From Rebecca billardiae RCC1528 (Eukaryota; Protista; Haptophyta): DNA of 64,000 bases. The stretch spans positions 868,001 through 932,000 of the forward strand of contig OZ251226.1 of NCBI GenBank assembly GCA_965240325.2. The letters are read 5' to 3'. The translations under genes were made by a program, and so were the position numbers. Positions 23,243-34,988 of this stretch are shown here, piece after piece (positions within the stretch are counted from its first letter, which is position 1; each line of letters opens with the position of its first letter). A model generated the notes under the pieces. That model ran no database searches. It was given only the letters and a program-made list of their open reading frames with translations, and was not told the DNA's origin.

Positions 23243-24794
23243 TGGCCCGCGGTGCAGGGCGGAGCGCGCAGCGTGGAGCCCGCACCAGCGGGCCCGAACA
23301 ACGTTTCAAAAAGATCTTTGATCAAGAAAAAAGGGACGGGGGACGATTTTCATGGCTGGAGGAGACCGAGTTTCGAATTTTGAGACTCCCTTACAGGTGC
23401 ATTAGCGTCGAAAAAGGTCGCGCCCACGGCAAGTTCATAGTAAAGCGTGGAGTGACGCCCGTCCAAACTGCGCCGGTCCAAAAAACTTCACGCGGCCCTT
23501 TAGGATCCCTAACGTAACGAACCGTTACAAGCGAATTTTTCGGCCAATGATATTCAAGGAGCGACGACGTTTGATGATCAAATGTTGATCGCGCCACCAC
23601 AACGCAATCTTCATACTATCTCCCTGGCCGCCCGTCGCCTGTGCCGGATCCCGACCGGGTCGGTAGGTTTGAGCCCGCTGAGAAGGGCTCACTCAGCAAG
23701 CCGAGGGGTGCCTCGCGCCGGCGGCGCTGCGCACGAGGCGTTCAATCCGACGGACTCAGCGCAGGTGCGCGCGGCTGCGGCGGGTCCCGACGGTCATCGG
23801 CGTCGCTTTCGTGCCCCGCTCACCCCGCGCGCCCCGCCCTGCCGATCCCTCTTCGGCCCAGTCAGTGCGGTTTCCAACCGAGCACGACCGGCGGACCGAC
23901 GAATCGAATATCGATGTCAACGCCCGCGCGCGGAGAGCGGTCGGCGACGGTACGAGGAGGAGACCGCGGGGCATCCTAACGCGTGAATCCAGGCCTACTC
24001 CGCAGGTGACAGCAGCATGGGGTGTCCCTCGAGTTCATCGTTTATTGACTGCGCAGCCGTGAGCTGACTCACCGGTGCCAATGAAGCTGCCGAGTAGCTT
24101 CACTCATCGGACGATGCTCCTCGCGTGTGATATTATGGGTGCGAATGCGCGTGGCGCGTGGGGGCGAGGCGAGTTTCTCGCTGTGTTTCCAGCTGACCAT
24201 GCGCGCGCCCGCGCGCGCCACGCCGCACGCCGCGCAGCTGAATTCTCGGCGTGTTGAAGCGCGGGGCCTCGCGAGGACGTTCCGGCTCAGCCGTCTGGCG
24301 CCGAGCCTGATCTGCAGTGCGGAGCCTTCGCCTGATGGACGTTTTGTCGGGATGTGGAGCAGCCACCACGGCCATCTCGCTCGCCCAAGCCCTCGCTCGC
24401 GCCGTCCATGGCCGAGCTGTGATGGATTTTGCTCTCGTCCGCCGCATCCGAGCTGTCTCGAGTCTCGACGGCTTGACTGGCGCATGGGCGGGCGTTTGGC
24501 GCGCGAGCTCGGACCGCGCGCTGTTAGAGCGGCGGCTCTCACTCACTCAGTGACTGAGAGCCAGCTCTCGGGCGCTGATGGGCACGACGGATGCCTGACT
24601 GCCTGACACGAAAGCCCACAGGCTCAGATCTGCGCGGCCAGCGGCGAGTGGATGAGTCCGCGCGACTGATGCAGCGAGGTGGCATATGCGACGGGCGACG
24701 CCGTGCCGTGGCGGTGACGGAGCGGGTGGCACAGCTGCACCGCGGGCCCCCAACTACGTTGGTTCTGACGGAAGAGGACCGCGGAACGCGGTCA
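23243..24794 (+). mobile_element. Asymmetric-TIR + hairpin element, copy 2
   Basis: Starts TGGCCCGCGGTGCA; inverted copy at 24736-24748; ends GACCGCG-GAA-CGCGGTC-A. Confidence 0.75.
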
Positions 24795-24811
24795 TATATA
24801 CTTATAATATA

Positions 24812-26410
24812 TGACCGCGTTCCGCGGTCCTTTTCCGTAGAACGAACGTAGTTCAGGGCCCGCGGTGGCGGTGCACCCTCCATCGCAGTCGTCTATTGAC
24901 AGACCCGGAGTTGCATGCCCGTACAACTAGTCACTAGACTCCAGCGGCGCGCCGCCGCCCGCCGCGCCGGGCGCGGGCCCATCGCACTTCGCAGCCGCCG
25001 GCGCGGCGCCGATTGTGTACAGGCGGATGCGACGAGGCGTGATCGACGCATGAGCGCGACTCCACGTGCACGCCAGGCCACGCGAAGCTGACAGCCAGGG
25101 AGCACGGTGCGGGGCCGCGGATTCGTTCGGGCCGCTGCTGCTGACTGACCGCTGTGGCGCTGTCCCGCGGGTCACCGCGCACCGGCAGCGCCAGGATAGT
25201 TAGATAGCAGATGATTTGCACTGGTCCGAGTAGGGTTCGACCAGCGCCTGCGCGACGGCCGACAGGCGGGCGCGAGGCGTGATCGACGCATGAGCGCAAC
25301 TCTACGTGCACGCCAGGCCACGCGGAGCTGACAGCCCGAGGGAGCACGGTGCCGAGGTCGGAGACTGTGCGAGCGGGCACCAGTCACGGATCGTTCGCGC
25401 ACGCCGCGCGTGCACGGGCTGACACACCTCGATCAGGCTCGGCACGCGTTGCAGAGGCACAGCCAGCTCTGGGGACGTCACGCACCACCGTCGCCCGCGC
25501 AGCTCGTCCTCCTCGTAGAGTACCGTTCAGTTCCGAGGCGTAGCCCTCGCTCAGAGTCGACCGTCGACGATGGACTCGGATCGTCGGCGCTCCCCGGAAA
25601 GGCATGGCAAGGGCGGCGCGTGGTGAAGTCGAAGACTCAGAGATCGATCAGTCCGGCATCAGGCGCCGCTGCCTCCGAGCTTGCGAGAGCCCGAATACAG
25701 GGCGGCTGCCGCGGCGCGGCCGGGGCGCCCCGCGGCGACCGGGCGCGCGGCCGCGCGCAGGCATCGACACGGGGCGGCGGGGGCGCGCGGAGTGAGCGGG
25801 GGCACGAACGCGATGTCGACGGCAGTCGGGACCCGCCGCAGCCGCGCGCTCCAGGCGCCACTCGCCGCGCGCACCTGCCCATCGCCGTCCTCACTCGTCG
25901 GTCGCTCGTGGCTCGCCTCCTGAGCTCCTCTCGCCGCAGCCGCGGTGTACAAACGCGGGCCGCTAACACGCCGCGCGCGCCGCGCCCCCTCCGGCTCCGA
26001 CTATACGGATAGCTGCGGCGGGTATTTTTCAATGTCTCGCACTATTGGAGTTGGTTGGACGGTTATGTCAACGGTCGTTCTTGGCATCTTGCAGCGGCGA
26101 GGCCATATTATTTTACTATGGTCACACTACATTAAGGAGAGTCTACCCACAATTACCCAGCCTCGGGCAGCCTGGCACACTTGGGCGTGGGTTTCGTTGA
26201 TTCCTCTGTTCACTATTCAAGACGGCGGACGCGCCCTTTTTCGACGCTAATCCATGTGTAAGGAGGTCTCAAAAAATCGAAACTCGGTCTCCTCCACTCT
26301 GGAAAACACCGCCCCGTCCCTTTTTTCCTTGATCAAAGATCTTTTTGAAACGTGGTTAGGGCCCACGGAGCGGGCTCCACGCTGCGCGTTCCGCCCTGCA
26401 CCGCGGGCCA
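24812..26410 (-). mobile_element. Asymmetric-TIR + hairpin element, copy 3 (tail-to-tail with copy 2)
   Basis: Hairpin end at 24812 and terminus TGCACCGCGGGCCA at 26410; shares 25945-26107 with 37198-37370 and 26107-26410 with 39287-39579. Confidence 0.75.
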
Positions 26411-28623
26411 CAATATCGATCTATTCGAATTTATAATGCGGCCCGCGGCGCCCGGCCCGAGAAGTGGCACTGAGTCACTCAGAAGTGGCACTGAACAGCG
26501 CGTAAACTGAAACAGCGTTACCAGGCTACCAGCGTCATGCGGTGGCCGCGCCGTGGGCCAGGGCACGCCCTACGAGTCAAAATTATACCTAGATCTCAAT
26601 TGACAGATTCTCACTCACGGATGAAACAGAGACAACTCTGCGATCAAAAAGGACGACGTGGTGATTTCCTTTAGCTTTTTCGAAACTAATAAAAGCCCCT
26701 TTAGCATCCCATTCCGAGCTCAGACTCGAAACACTACTATCAGAAATGTGGACGGACGTCAGAAAAGACGGCAAGTGGAAAGAGTTAAAACGAATGGAGC
26801 AGGCTCCTGATCATCCGACATCCGCCGATCATCCGGCACGCAGCCGCGCCGATTATAATAATGGCGGGGGCGCCGCCAGCGCATCTGACGATTGGTCGGT
26901 TTGATCACTTAAGCTAATGGTCCGGCGGTCCGCTTATAATATTCATGCTGGGCCTCGGAGGTCGCTCGGCGGCGGGTGGGGTTCACTCGTCATCGCTCGG
27001 CGGGTGGGGTCCACACACTCTCTCTCTACTGATGTCGTCAGATCTAATTATTTATTAGTAATTAGGCGCCCGAGGCGCCGCCCCGAGTCCTGGCGGCGAC
27101 TCGATCGGTCGTTGGTCGATCGCGGATCGGGCCGTGCCCAAGCCCGCGCCCCGCACTCTACCTAGTACCTTGAAGCAGCCGCACTGATGAGTGATGACTC
27201 GGATGATGTATTTCAATGATGAGCGCTGACTGATAATGACCGCGTTCCGCGGTCCTTCCGTAGAACCAACGTAGTTAGGGGCCCGCGGTGCACCCTCCGT
27301 CGGCATATGCTGTCCGTCCAACGCGCGGTCGTAGCGGCAGCAGCAGCGCGGAGCGCCGTCGAGCACGCGCGGGAAACGAATAATGGAATATTATGCAGCG
27401 CGGGCGAGTCGACGGTCTGGAAAAGGCGCGATCACGCCACAGCAGGCTGGCAGAGCCCGCCCCGAGCTGCAGCATGCGCCGTAGGTGCTGCCCCAAGCTC
27501 TCGACTGCCCGTAAGCGGCGGCATGTGCGGCGGCGCCGGCGGCGGCCATGCTGCCCCGCCGTTGCGCGCCGCGGGGCGCTGCCAGCACCTCCGTGGTGAA
27601 GCGCACAGCGCTCGAGCCCACAGGGGCTGGCGACCGTCAAACCGACACCCCATGACACGGGCCGGGGCTGCGTGTGCCAGCTGCACGCACCCCCTGGGCC
27701 CACCTGGCCCGCTCGAGCAGCTCGCGCCTTGGGTGCGCACAGCGGCTCGAGTATACTGGTATGGGACGCCTGCTGCGGTGCCGCCGAGCGAGCACGTGCG
27801 GCCGAGGGTCACGCAGCACGGGCGACTCGACGGCGGCGAGCAGGCGCGACGGCCTCGCCGCGCCGCGGTAGAGCCTGCCCGGGCTGCAGCACGCCGTAGG
27901 AGCAGCCCAGCGCCCTCCTCCGCCCTCCAGCTTCGGCGCGCGCAGCAGGCCCGGCGGCGGACATGCTGGCGTGCCCAAGCAAGCAGGCAGATGGGCGCTG
28001 CCGGCCGCGCCGTCGCAAAGCGCGCAGAACTCGAGCTCGGGGGGGCGGACGGCCGCCAAACTGGCGCCGCAGGACGTGGCACTGCGTGCGCCAGCTGCGC
28101 GCACCCGCTGCGCCCGCGTAGCCCGTGCGAGCGCCGCGCCTCGAGCACACGCCGCAGCAGCTCGACACAGCCACTGCAGCGCGCACGCAGCCTGCACGGA
28201 GTGCACGCCGTGGCCCGTCGGCATCTTGGAAGCCGCCGAGAGCGTGTGCTTTCCCCGCACGACGGCGGTAGCTGCCGCGATGTATACGAGCGTGCTGCCG
28301 CGCCGGCCGCCGCTCCCCGGCCGCTGCGCCGGCTTCCACTCCGCGCCCGCTGCACGTCCGCAGCTGGCAGCTGCGCCCGCCGTCAGCCGGCCCGGTGGCC
28401 AGCTGCCGCGCTCGCTGGGCGACCACTCGATGATGCGCGCAGCGTAAAGTGCGCGCTGGGCACCTCCTCGTCGCGTGCAATTTCGAGGTAGTCCTGCATC
28501 TGCTCCTGCATCAGCCCCTCCCACCCTGCGCGCGGGCGCGGACGGAGTCGCACGCACGCGGTCCGATCGACGATCGATCGAGGCGCGGGCCGCGGCGGGA
28601 CGGGCGTCGACGCGCAGGTTAGT

Positions 28624-28959
28624 TAGGTATGGTGCCGGCGCTTCCCGCAGGCGTTGCGCGCTTGGGGCGAGTGGGGCGCGTGGGCGAGACCAGCGGCCAG
28701 CCAGCCCACGCCACCGGCGCGAGGGCACCGGCGCGGCGCGCACACACACTTTGGGCCGCGGACCTGGTCGCGGGGCCGCCGCGCGGCTGCGTAGGTATGG
28801 TGCCGGCGCTTCCCGCAGGCGTTGCGCGCTTGGGGCGAGTGGGGCGCGTGGGCGAGACCAGCGGCCAGCCAGCCCACGCCACCGGCGCGAGGGCACCGGC
28901 GCGGCGCGCACACACACTTTGGGCCGCGGACCTGGTCGCGGGGCCGCCGCGCGGCTGCG
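28624..28959. repeat. Tandem repeat, 2 x 168 bp
   Basis: TAGGTATGGTGCC at 28624 and 28792. Confidence 0.9.
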
Positions 28960-29168
28960 TGACCGGCAGCTGTGAGTGAGCTGATCGAGTGAGCAAGCCG
29001 AATGCGCGTCCGGAGGTACCTGCAGGCGCGCTCGGGGAGGGCCGAGGGCGATAGGTCGAGACCAGCGGCCGGCCGGCACCCGTCGCGCACGCACTCGGTG
29101 CGCGCCTTTGAAGGCGGCATCCTCGCTCGGGCCGATGTCGTCGCGCCGCTCGCGAGCACGAGACAGCT

Positions 29169-29445
29169 GACAGGCGGGTAACTTGGTTGTGACAAGCGCT
29201 ATTCAAAAGAGTATCTTTCAATATTATCAAGGCGGTTCATCCATCGAGGCAAGCGGGTAACTGGCTTTAAATAGCGCTATTCAAAAGAATCTCTTCAATA
29301 TGATGAGGAGGTTCATCCAACGAGACAGGTGGGTAACTTGGTTTAAAAGCGCTATTCAAAAGAATCTCTTTCAATACCATGAGGCGGTTCATCCATCGAG
29401 ACAGGCGGGTAACTTCTTTTCGCAAGCGCTATTCAAAAGAATCTG
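29169..29445. repeat. AT-rich minisatellite, about 3.6 x 77 bp
   Basis: Recurring GGGTAACT..AGCGCTATTCAAAAGA..GGTTCATCCA units. Confidence 0.85.
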
Positions 29446-30179
29446 GCCTCATAGCTGTTTTCGACCCAAAACAATCAAACGTCGCTCGGCAAACTCGTAC
29501 TCCAGCATACAAGAAGGACAAAAATACTCACTTGTTTCACCCCCGGGGTATCTGATCCCACGTCCGTCCATCGACTTATGCGGAATGGCGTGGGCGCGCT
29601 TATTTCGTCAAGCGCGTAGTTGCTAATGCAGAGCACTATGGGCCAACGTACCCCTCGAAAAATCGAAAACTCACCCTCCAACAGCCCTCAAAATCGTCCC
29701 CCATCCCCTTTTCTTTGATCAAAAGATCTTTTTGACAACGTAGTGAGGGCCCCCGGCGGGGCTCCACGCTACGCGCTCCGCCCTGCACCGCGGGCCATGA
29801 GTGATGAGTGAGCGCTTGATGAAGCTTGAGTAGCTACGGCTACTGACGACAGGCTCAGCTACTAGAAGTAAGTAGTGTCTAGTAGCAGTAACTGAGTCTG
29901 AGACGGTTCCTTTATTCCGTTCGTCCCACGTTACCCGGGGCCCGCCCGTCACTGAGTACTCACTGACACTGTTGCCGGGCTCGGGGCTGTCGACAGTGTT
30001 GCCCGAACCCGGATTAACCCGGCGGGCCGCGAGCCAGCAGCAGCTCGGCCATGCAGTGTGCATGCGTAGCTATAGTATCATATAGTATTTTAAGTGCGTG
30101 CCACTGTCAAAACAGGGCGGCCACTCCGAGTATATGCTGTAGCAGCACTTAACGGCTCACGGATCATCGTCATTGATCA

Positions 30180-31941
30180 TCATTCACTTGGCTCGGCCCC
30201 AGCACCTGCCGTGTCGCCGCCCTCCTCGCCCTCAGGGGGGAGCTCGCCACACTCTGCGATCAGCACGTCCTGCTCCGGCTTATTGTCGCTCGCGCTGGTA
30301 GGCAGCGCCTCGATCTTGCGCACGACGTCCATACCGTCGACCACCTTGCCGAACACCACGTGCTTGCCGTCCAGGTGCGGTGTGGCCACCGTCGTGATGA
30401 AGAACTGCGAGCCGTTGGTGGCGGGGCCTGCGGCGTGCGTCGCGCGCACAGGGCGAATGGCCGACCCGTCACTCTCCAGCACTCGCTGACGCGCACACGA
30501 GCCCTCCTGGCCCTCGCGACCGCGTGCACGCCGCAACGCGCGCGCACCTGAGTTCGCCATCGAGAGCAGCCCCGGCGTGTCATGCGTGAGCAAGAAATTC
30601 TCGTCCTCGAATTTGGCGCCGTAGATCGACTCGCCGCCAGTGCCGTTGCCCGCGGTGAAGTCGCCGCCCTGCAGCATGAAGTCCTTGATCACGCGGTGGA
30701 ACGCGCACCCCTTGTAGTGTAGCGGCGCGCCCAGCGTGCCCACGCCCTTCTCGCCGGTGCACAGCGCGCGGAAGTTCTCAGCGGTGCGCGGCGTCTTGTC
30801 AGCGAACAGCTCAAAGCTGATCCGCCCAGCGGCCTCGCCGCCGATGGTGATGTCGAAGAAGCAGCGCGGGAGCGGGCCGTGGTGCACGGGGATGTTCGGC
30901 TTGTCGTCGTACATGCTCACCTTGGCGAACATGCCGCCGTACAGGTTGGCCTCCTTGGCCTTCACCTTGGCCTCGTCCTGCGAGAGCCCACGCGCACACA
31001 CGTACACGAGCGCGCACGCATCGGGGCGCGCCACGGGTCGTTCGGGGGAGTCGAGCCGCGTGAGGGCATGGCGGATGGCGGCCGCACGGGCGCGTCTGGC
31101 TGCGCAGCGCGCGCACCTTCTTGATGTTCTCGTACAGCTCGCGCATCTCGCGGTTCTTCGGGTCGAGCTTGCACGCCTTCACGATGTCCGACTTGGCGTC
31201 GGCAAACGCCTGCAGCTGGCGGTGCGCAGACGCGCGCCTGTACAGAGCCTTCACGTTGTCGGCCTCGAGCTCGAGCGCGCGGTTGCACGCCTCGAGCGCG
31301 AGGCGCGGCTCGCCGAGCTTGAGCCGGCACTGCGCCGCGTTCAGCTCGCACGTCACCTCGAGCGCCAGCGCCTCCTTCGCCTTCTGCGCGTCCTCCTCCG
31401 CCTCGCCCAGCAGCTCGTCCACCTCGTGCAGGTAGTCGGCGGCACCGCGGTACGCGTCGGCGGCCTCCGCGTAGCTGCCGGCCTTGAAGAGCGTGGTGCC
31501 TTCGGCCTTGCCGGCAGCGCCCTCGGCGATGCGCTCGGCCGCGTCCATCTCCCACTTGCCCTTCTTCACCGCCGCCCACGAGAAGAGCTCGACCTCAAAG
31601 TGCAGCGTCGCGCTCTCCGGGATCTTGGGCGGCGAGCCACGCGCGCCGTAGGCGTACTCGGGGGTGCACTTGAGCAGCGCCTTCTCGCCCTTGAACATAG
31701 AGGCCACGCCCACGTCCCAGCCCTTGATCACCTGGCCTTTCCCCAGGATAAACTCGAACTCCACGCCGCGGTCGCGCGAGGAGTCAAACTTGGACCCGTC
31801 GCTCGCGAGCGTGCCGACGTAGTGCACCTTGACCTTCGACCCGGCGGGCGGGCAGCCCGCCTCAGTGTCGCCCGGGCTGATGATCGTCTTCAGGCACCCA
31901 CCGTCGCCTGACACATCAATTTCAGCCGCCTCGTCCGCCAT
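30180..31941 (-). CDS. Dual-family immunophilin FKBP-TPR-cyclophilin (FCBP-type); introns 30978-31116 and 30428-30547
   Basis: FKBP ([27 protein letters not shown]), TPR (KALYRRA), cyclophilin ([31 protein letters not shown]|[22 protein letters not shown]). Splicing at GT-AG sites gives 500 aa. Confidence 0.93.
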
Positions 31942-32105
31942 TGGTCCTAGTGGGAGCGTGCGCGGTGTCTGGTCGCAGTCTGGACGCGTCGACCGCGGCC
32001 GCAATCGCCGGGCGCCAGCGTGCCAGCCGGATTGTCCGGGCGGCCCCCGCGCTCCCGGACTCGCGTCGGCAAAACTCCCGACGAGGCGTCCAACACGCCG
32101 GCGTG

Positions 32106-32883
32106 ATGCTGCTCGCGTCGCTCGTCATCCTGGGCCTCTCCGCAGGGGTCACAGCGCACACGCATCATGCGAGCGCCTTTCAGCTGCGGAGAGTGTCGGT
32201 TGTGGTACGCGCCGCGCCCAGCCCGGCCGGATGTCGCGCATCGGCGTCCCTTGTCTCACGCGTACCCCGGCCGCACGATTGGTCGCATGCCACAGAAGCC
32301 TCGCGTCACCAACGTGGCGATGCTTACGTCCAACGACTTCAAGGTGGGGCTGACGATCGAGTCCGAGGGGGCAGTCTGGAAGGTCGTCGAGTTCCTCCAC
32401 GTCAAGCCCGGGAAGGGCGCGGCGTTCGTCCGCAGCAAGTTGAAGAACCTGATCACGGGCAACACGGTCGAGAAGACGTGGAAGGCAGGCGAGAACGTGC
32501 AGCAGGCCGAGGTCGAGAAGTTGGACGTGCAGTACACGTATCAAGACGGCGAAGAGTACGTCTTCATGGACATGACCTCTTTCGAGGAGATGCGGCTGAA
32601 GGCCGACCAGATCGACCAGATCGCGTACCTCAAGGAGAGCGGCGAGGCGCAGGTCGCCAAGTGGGGCGGGCGCGTCATCTCGGTGGACCTGCCCTCGCAG
32701 ATGAACCTCAAGGTGACGCAGACCGATCCGGGCGTCAAGGGGAACACCGTGCAGGGTGGCACCAAGCCCGCGACGCTCGAGACCGGCGCCGTCGTGCAGG
32801 TGCCTCTCTTCATCGACGAGGGCGAGGAGGTCCGCGTGGACACACGAGAGAACAAGTACATCGCGCGCGCAAAGGAGTCTTAG
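32106..32883 (+). CDS. efp: Nuclear-encoded plastid translation elongation factor P; intron 32205-32295
   Basis: [35 protein letters not shown]. Exon 1 [25 protein letters not shown] is a signal peptide plus ASAF motif, joined by a phase-0 GTACGC..CACAG intron. Confidence 0.92.
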
Positions 32884-33569
32884 AGCTCATTTACTCGTTT
32901 AGCACGGCTCCCAGCTCGCAGGCGCGTCGCGGAGCTCTACCTGCCCCTTGAGATCGGCGTTGGTGGTTCGACGGCTGTCGTGTCGAGTGGTACGGTGGAT
33001 ATCGAGGAAGTCTGCGGGTGGCCACAGCCGTGCCACGGACAGTCCGGACAAGTGCCGCACTCATGGATCTCATCGGCGACATGCCGATTCCGGACCCGAG
33101 ACTGTGACCGCTTCTGCGATGGTGGCTGCCGGCATTATCATCCCGTCTAGTCTCGGAGACAGGAGAGCGCGGCATGGGTATGGCAATGCTGGCAGGCGTG
33201 ACACTCGGCCCCGCTCGTAGAGTTAGCGGAGACCCGCCGCACTAACTCGATTGGCATTCGGCGATTGCGGATTGGGCCATTCCGTCCGCATAAAAAGTCG
33301 GGCCGGATTCATATTATAAGCCGGGGCGGACTGTGTAGTCGTCAGCATCAGCATTATGAGTGCTGAGTAGCATGCACACTCAGCACAGGCGCGCAGTGCT
33401 AGGCCGGCGGCGCTGCAGCGCGCCGGTCCGGGCGGTGCCCACTGCCCAGTGCTGGGCCGGCGGTCGCCTGATGAGCCTGAGGCTAAGCCGCGCAGTCTCA
33501 CGTAGACCAGTAGGCAGTAAGACGACGTAGTTGCACCTACGAAATCTGCGACGCCCGTAGCGCGAAGCT

Positions 33570-34880
33570 TCAAGAAATGTCCATCGGATGGGCCGCCGCC
33601 GCGCGGGTGATAGCCGCGCGATAGCGCTCGCGCGACTCCGCGCTTGCCGCCGCCGCGGGCGCGAGCGCGACGACGCCGCACGTGTTGGCATACGGCTTGA
33701 GCTCGTCCGCGCGCACAGCGAGCTGCGGTGCTCCGCTCGGCACGTCGCCGACCGCGTTGTACGGCGTCAACCTGGCCACGTCGGGCTCGAAGTCGAGCTG
33801 GGCATCCGTGCGCTCGTACGTGTACGGCTCGAGCACGCCGTCCGCGGCGAAGCGCGTGAGTTTGCCCATCGCGCCCCCGTGCGCCTCGAGCACGCCATGC
33901 CCCGCGCACGTGTCCCAGCGGAACAGGCCCCTGTCCTGGATGTAGCTCTGGCCCGCGCCCTCGAGCAGCAGCAGGGCCTTGTTGCCCGCGCCGCCCGAGC
34001 GGACGCGTCGCGCGCCGAGCTGCTCGCCCAGCTCGAGGACGAACGGGCTGATCACGCCGCGGCTCATGAGCAGCCCCTCCGCGCCCGCGGCTGGCTCGGC
34101 GCGCGGGGGCGGCACGCGCTTGCAGATCTCAGCGGGGCTGTGCGCCGCTGACTGCAGCCCCGCGCCGCTGAGCAGCTGCGCGGCGGCGACGCCCTCCTCG
34201 GCGCAGCCGTACGCCCAGGACGCCGGCTCGCTCATCGGCCTGTATACGAGGCCTCCGATCGGCCGCCCGGCGCGCGCGACCCCGATGCAGATGGAGCACA
34301 TCTGGCCCATCCGCTGCGTGAACTCGCGCGTGCCGTCGATCGGGTCGATGAAGACCGTGCACTCGCGCAGCGCGGCAGAGCGCGGTATGGCGTCGTTCAG
34401 CGAGCGCATGCGCGTGACGGCCGCGTCTATGCGCGACGAGAGGCGCGAGGGCACCTCGAGCGCGTCGACGCGGTACGGCGTCGCGCTCAGGTCGACGACG
34501 GCGTCCTCCTCCCCGACGATTGGGCCGACCACGTCGTCTGCGAGCAGCACGTTCTGCAGGAGGTGCTGCACGAGGCCGTCTGCGATGGTGAAGACGGAGT
34601 CGTCGGCCTTGACCGTCTGCTCGTCCTGCGCAAGCTGCGCATACATGAGCCGCACCACCTCGCCCAGCTCGTCGCAGGCCTCCTTGCACACGGCGAGCAG
34701 ACTGCCCACCGGCGCTGCCGGCTGCGCTGTGCTCAGCAAGGCGCCGCCACGCGCGACGCCCGGCCGCGCGCGCCGGCATGCGTACGGGGAGAGACCCGCA
34801 GGGCTACCAGTGCCGAGCACTGACGCTCTCGCCGACAGCAGCGGGACCACTGCGATGAGCACGCTGCGGGGCCCGCGCAT
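33570..34880 (-). CDS. Inositol monophosphatase-family protein (PAP phosphatase/BPNT/CysQ-like) with N-terminal targeting peptide
   Basis: TIAD, GEED, FIDPIDGTREF, WDTCAGHGVLEAHGG; probable start MRGPRSVLIAVVPLLS at 34880. Confidence 0.85.
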   Translation of the reverse strand: MRGPRSVLIAVVPLLSARASVLGTGSPAGLSPYACRRARPGVARGGALLSTAQPAAPVGSLLAVCKEACDELGEVVRLMYAQLAQDEQTVKADDSVFTIADGLVQHLLQNVLLADDVVGPIVGEEDAVVDLSATPYRVDALEVPSRLSSRIDAAVTRMRSLNDAIPRSAALRECTVFIDPIDGTREFTQRMGQMCSICIGVARAGRPIGGLVYRPMSEPASWAYGCAEEGVAAAQLLSGAGLQSAAHSPAEICKRVPPPRAEPAAGAEGLLMSRGVISPFVLELGEQLGARRVRSGGAGNKALLLLEGAGQSYIQDRGLFRWDTCAGHGVLEAHGGAMGKLTRFAADGVLEPYTYERTDAQLDFEPDVARLTPYNAVGDVPSGAPQLAVRADELKPYANTCGVVALAPAAAASAESRERYRAAITRAAAAHPMDIS

Positions 34881-34988
34881 GGCGCTGATGACGACCGACG
34901 ACAGCCGCGCTTCGTTGGACGTCGCGACCGCGAGCTCTCGATCGGCAAGGTCCGGGTCGGAGAAACCGACCGGAGTGGATGGGGAAGC

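Larger units (their letters stand above)
27237..29797 (-). mobile_element. Asymmetric-TIR + hairpin element, copy 4
   Basis: Hairpin end at 27237, subterminal repeat at 27280-27292, terminus at 29797; internal GCGAGACCAGCGGCC blocks shared with 60535-60605. Confidence 0.7.

Noticed and set aside
23243-26410. One 3.2-kb TIR transposon bounded by the two TGGCCCGCGG ends
   Set aside because: No TSD; better explained as two tail-to-tail asymmetric elements, consistent with the four other copies.
27307-29230. Long Arg/Ala/Pro-rich ORFs (394 and 485 aa)
   Set aside because: GC-rich repeat interior of an element; no motifs, stop-poor by composition.
29169-29445. CRISPR-like array
   Set aside because: The intervening segments are homologous to each other rather than unique spacers; eukaryotic context with no cas genes. 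It is a minisatellite.
31941-32106. Functional link between divergent PPIase and EF-P (both proline-related)
   Set aside because: Different predicted compartments (cytosol against plastid); adjacency is explained by compact gene packing.
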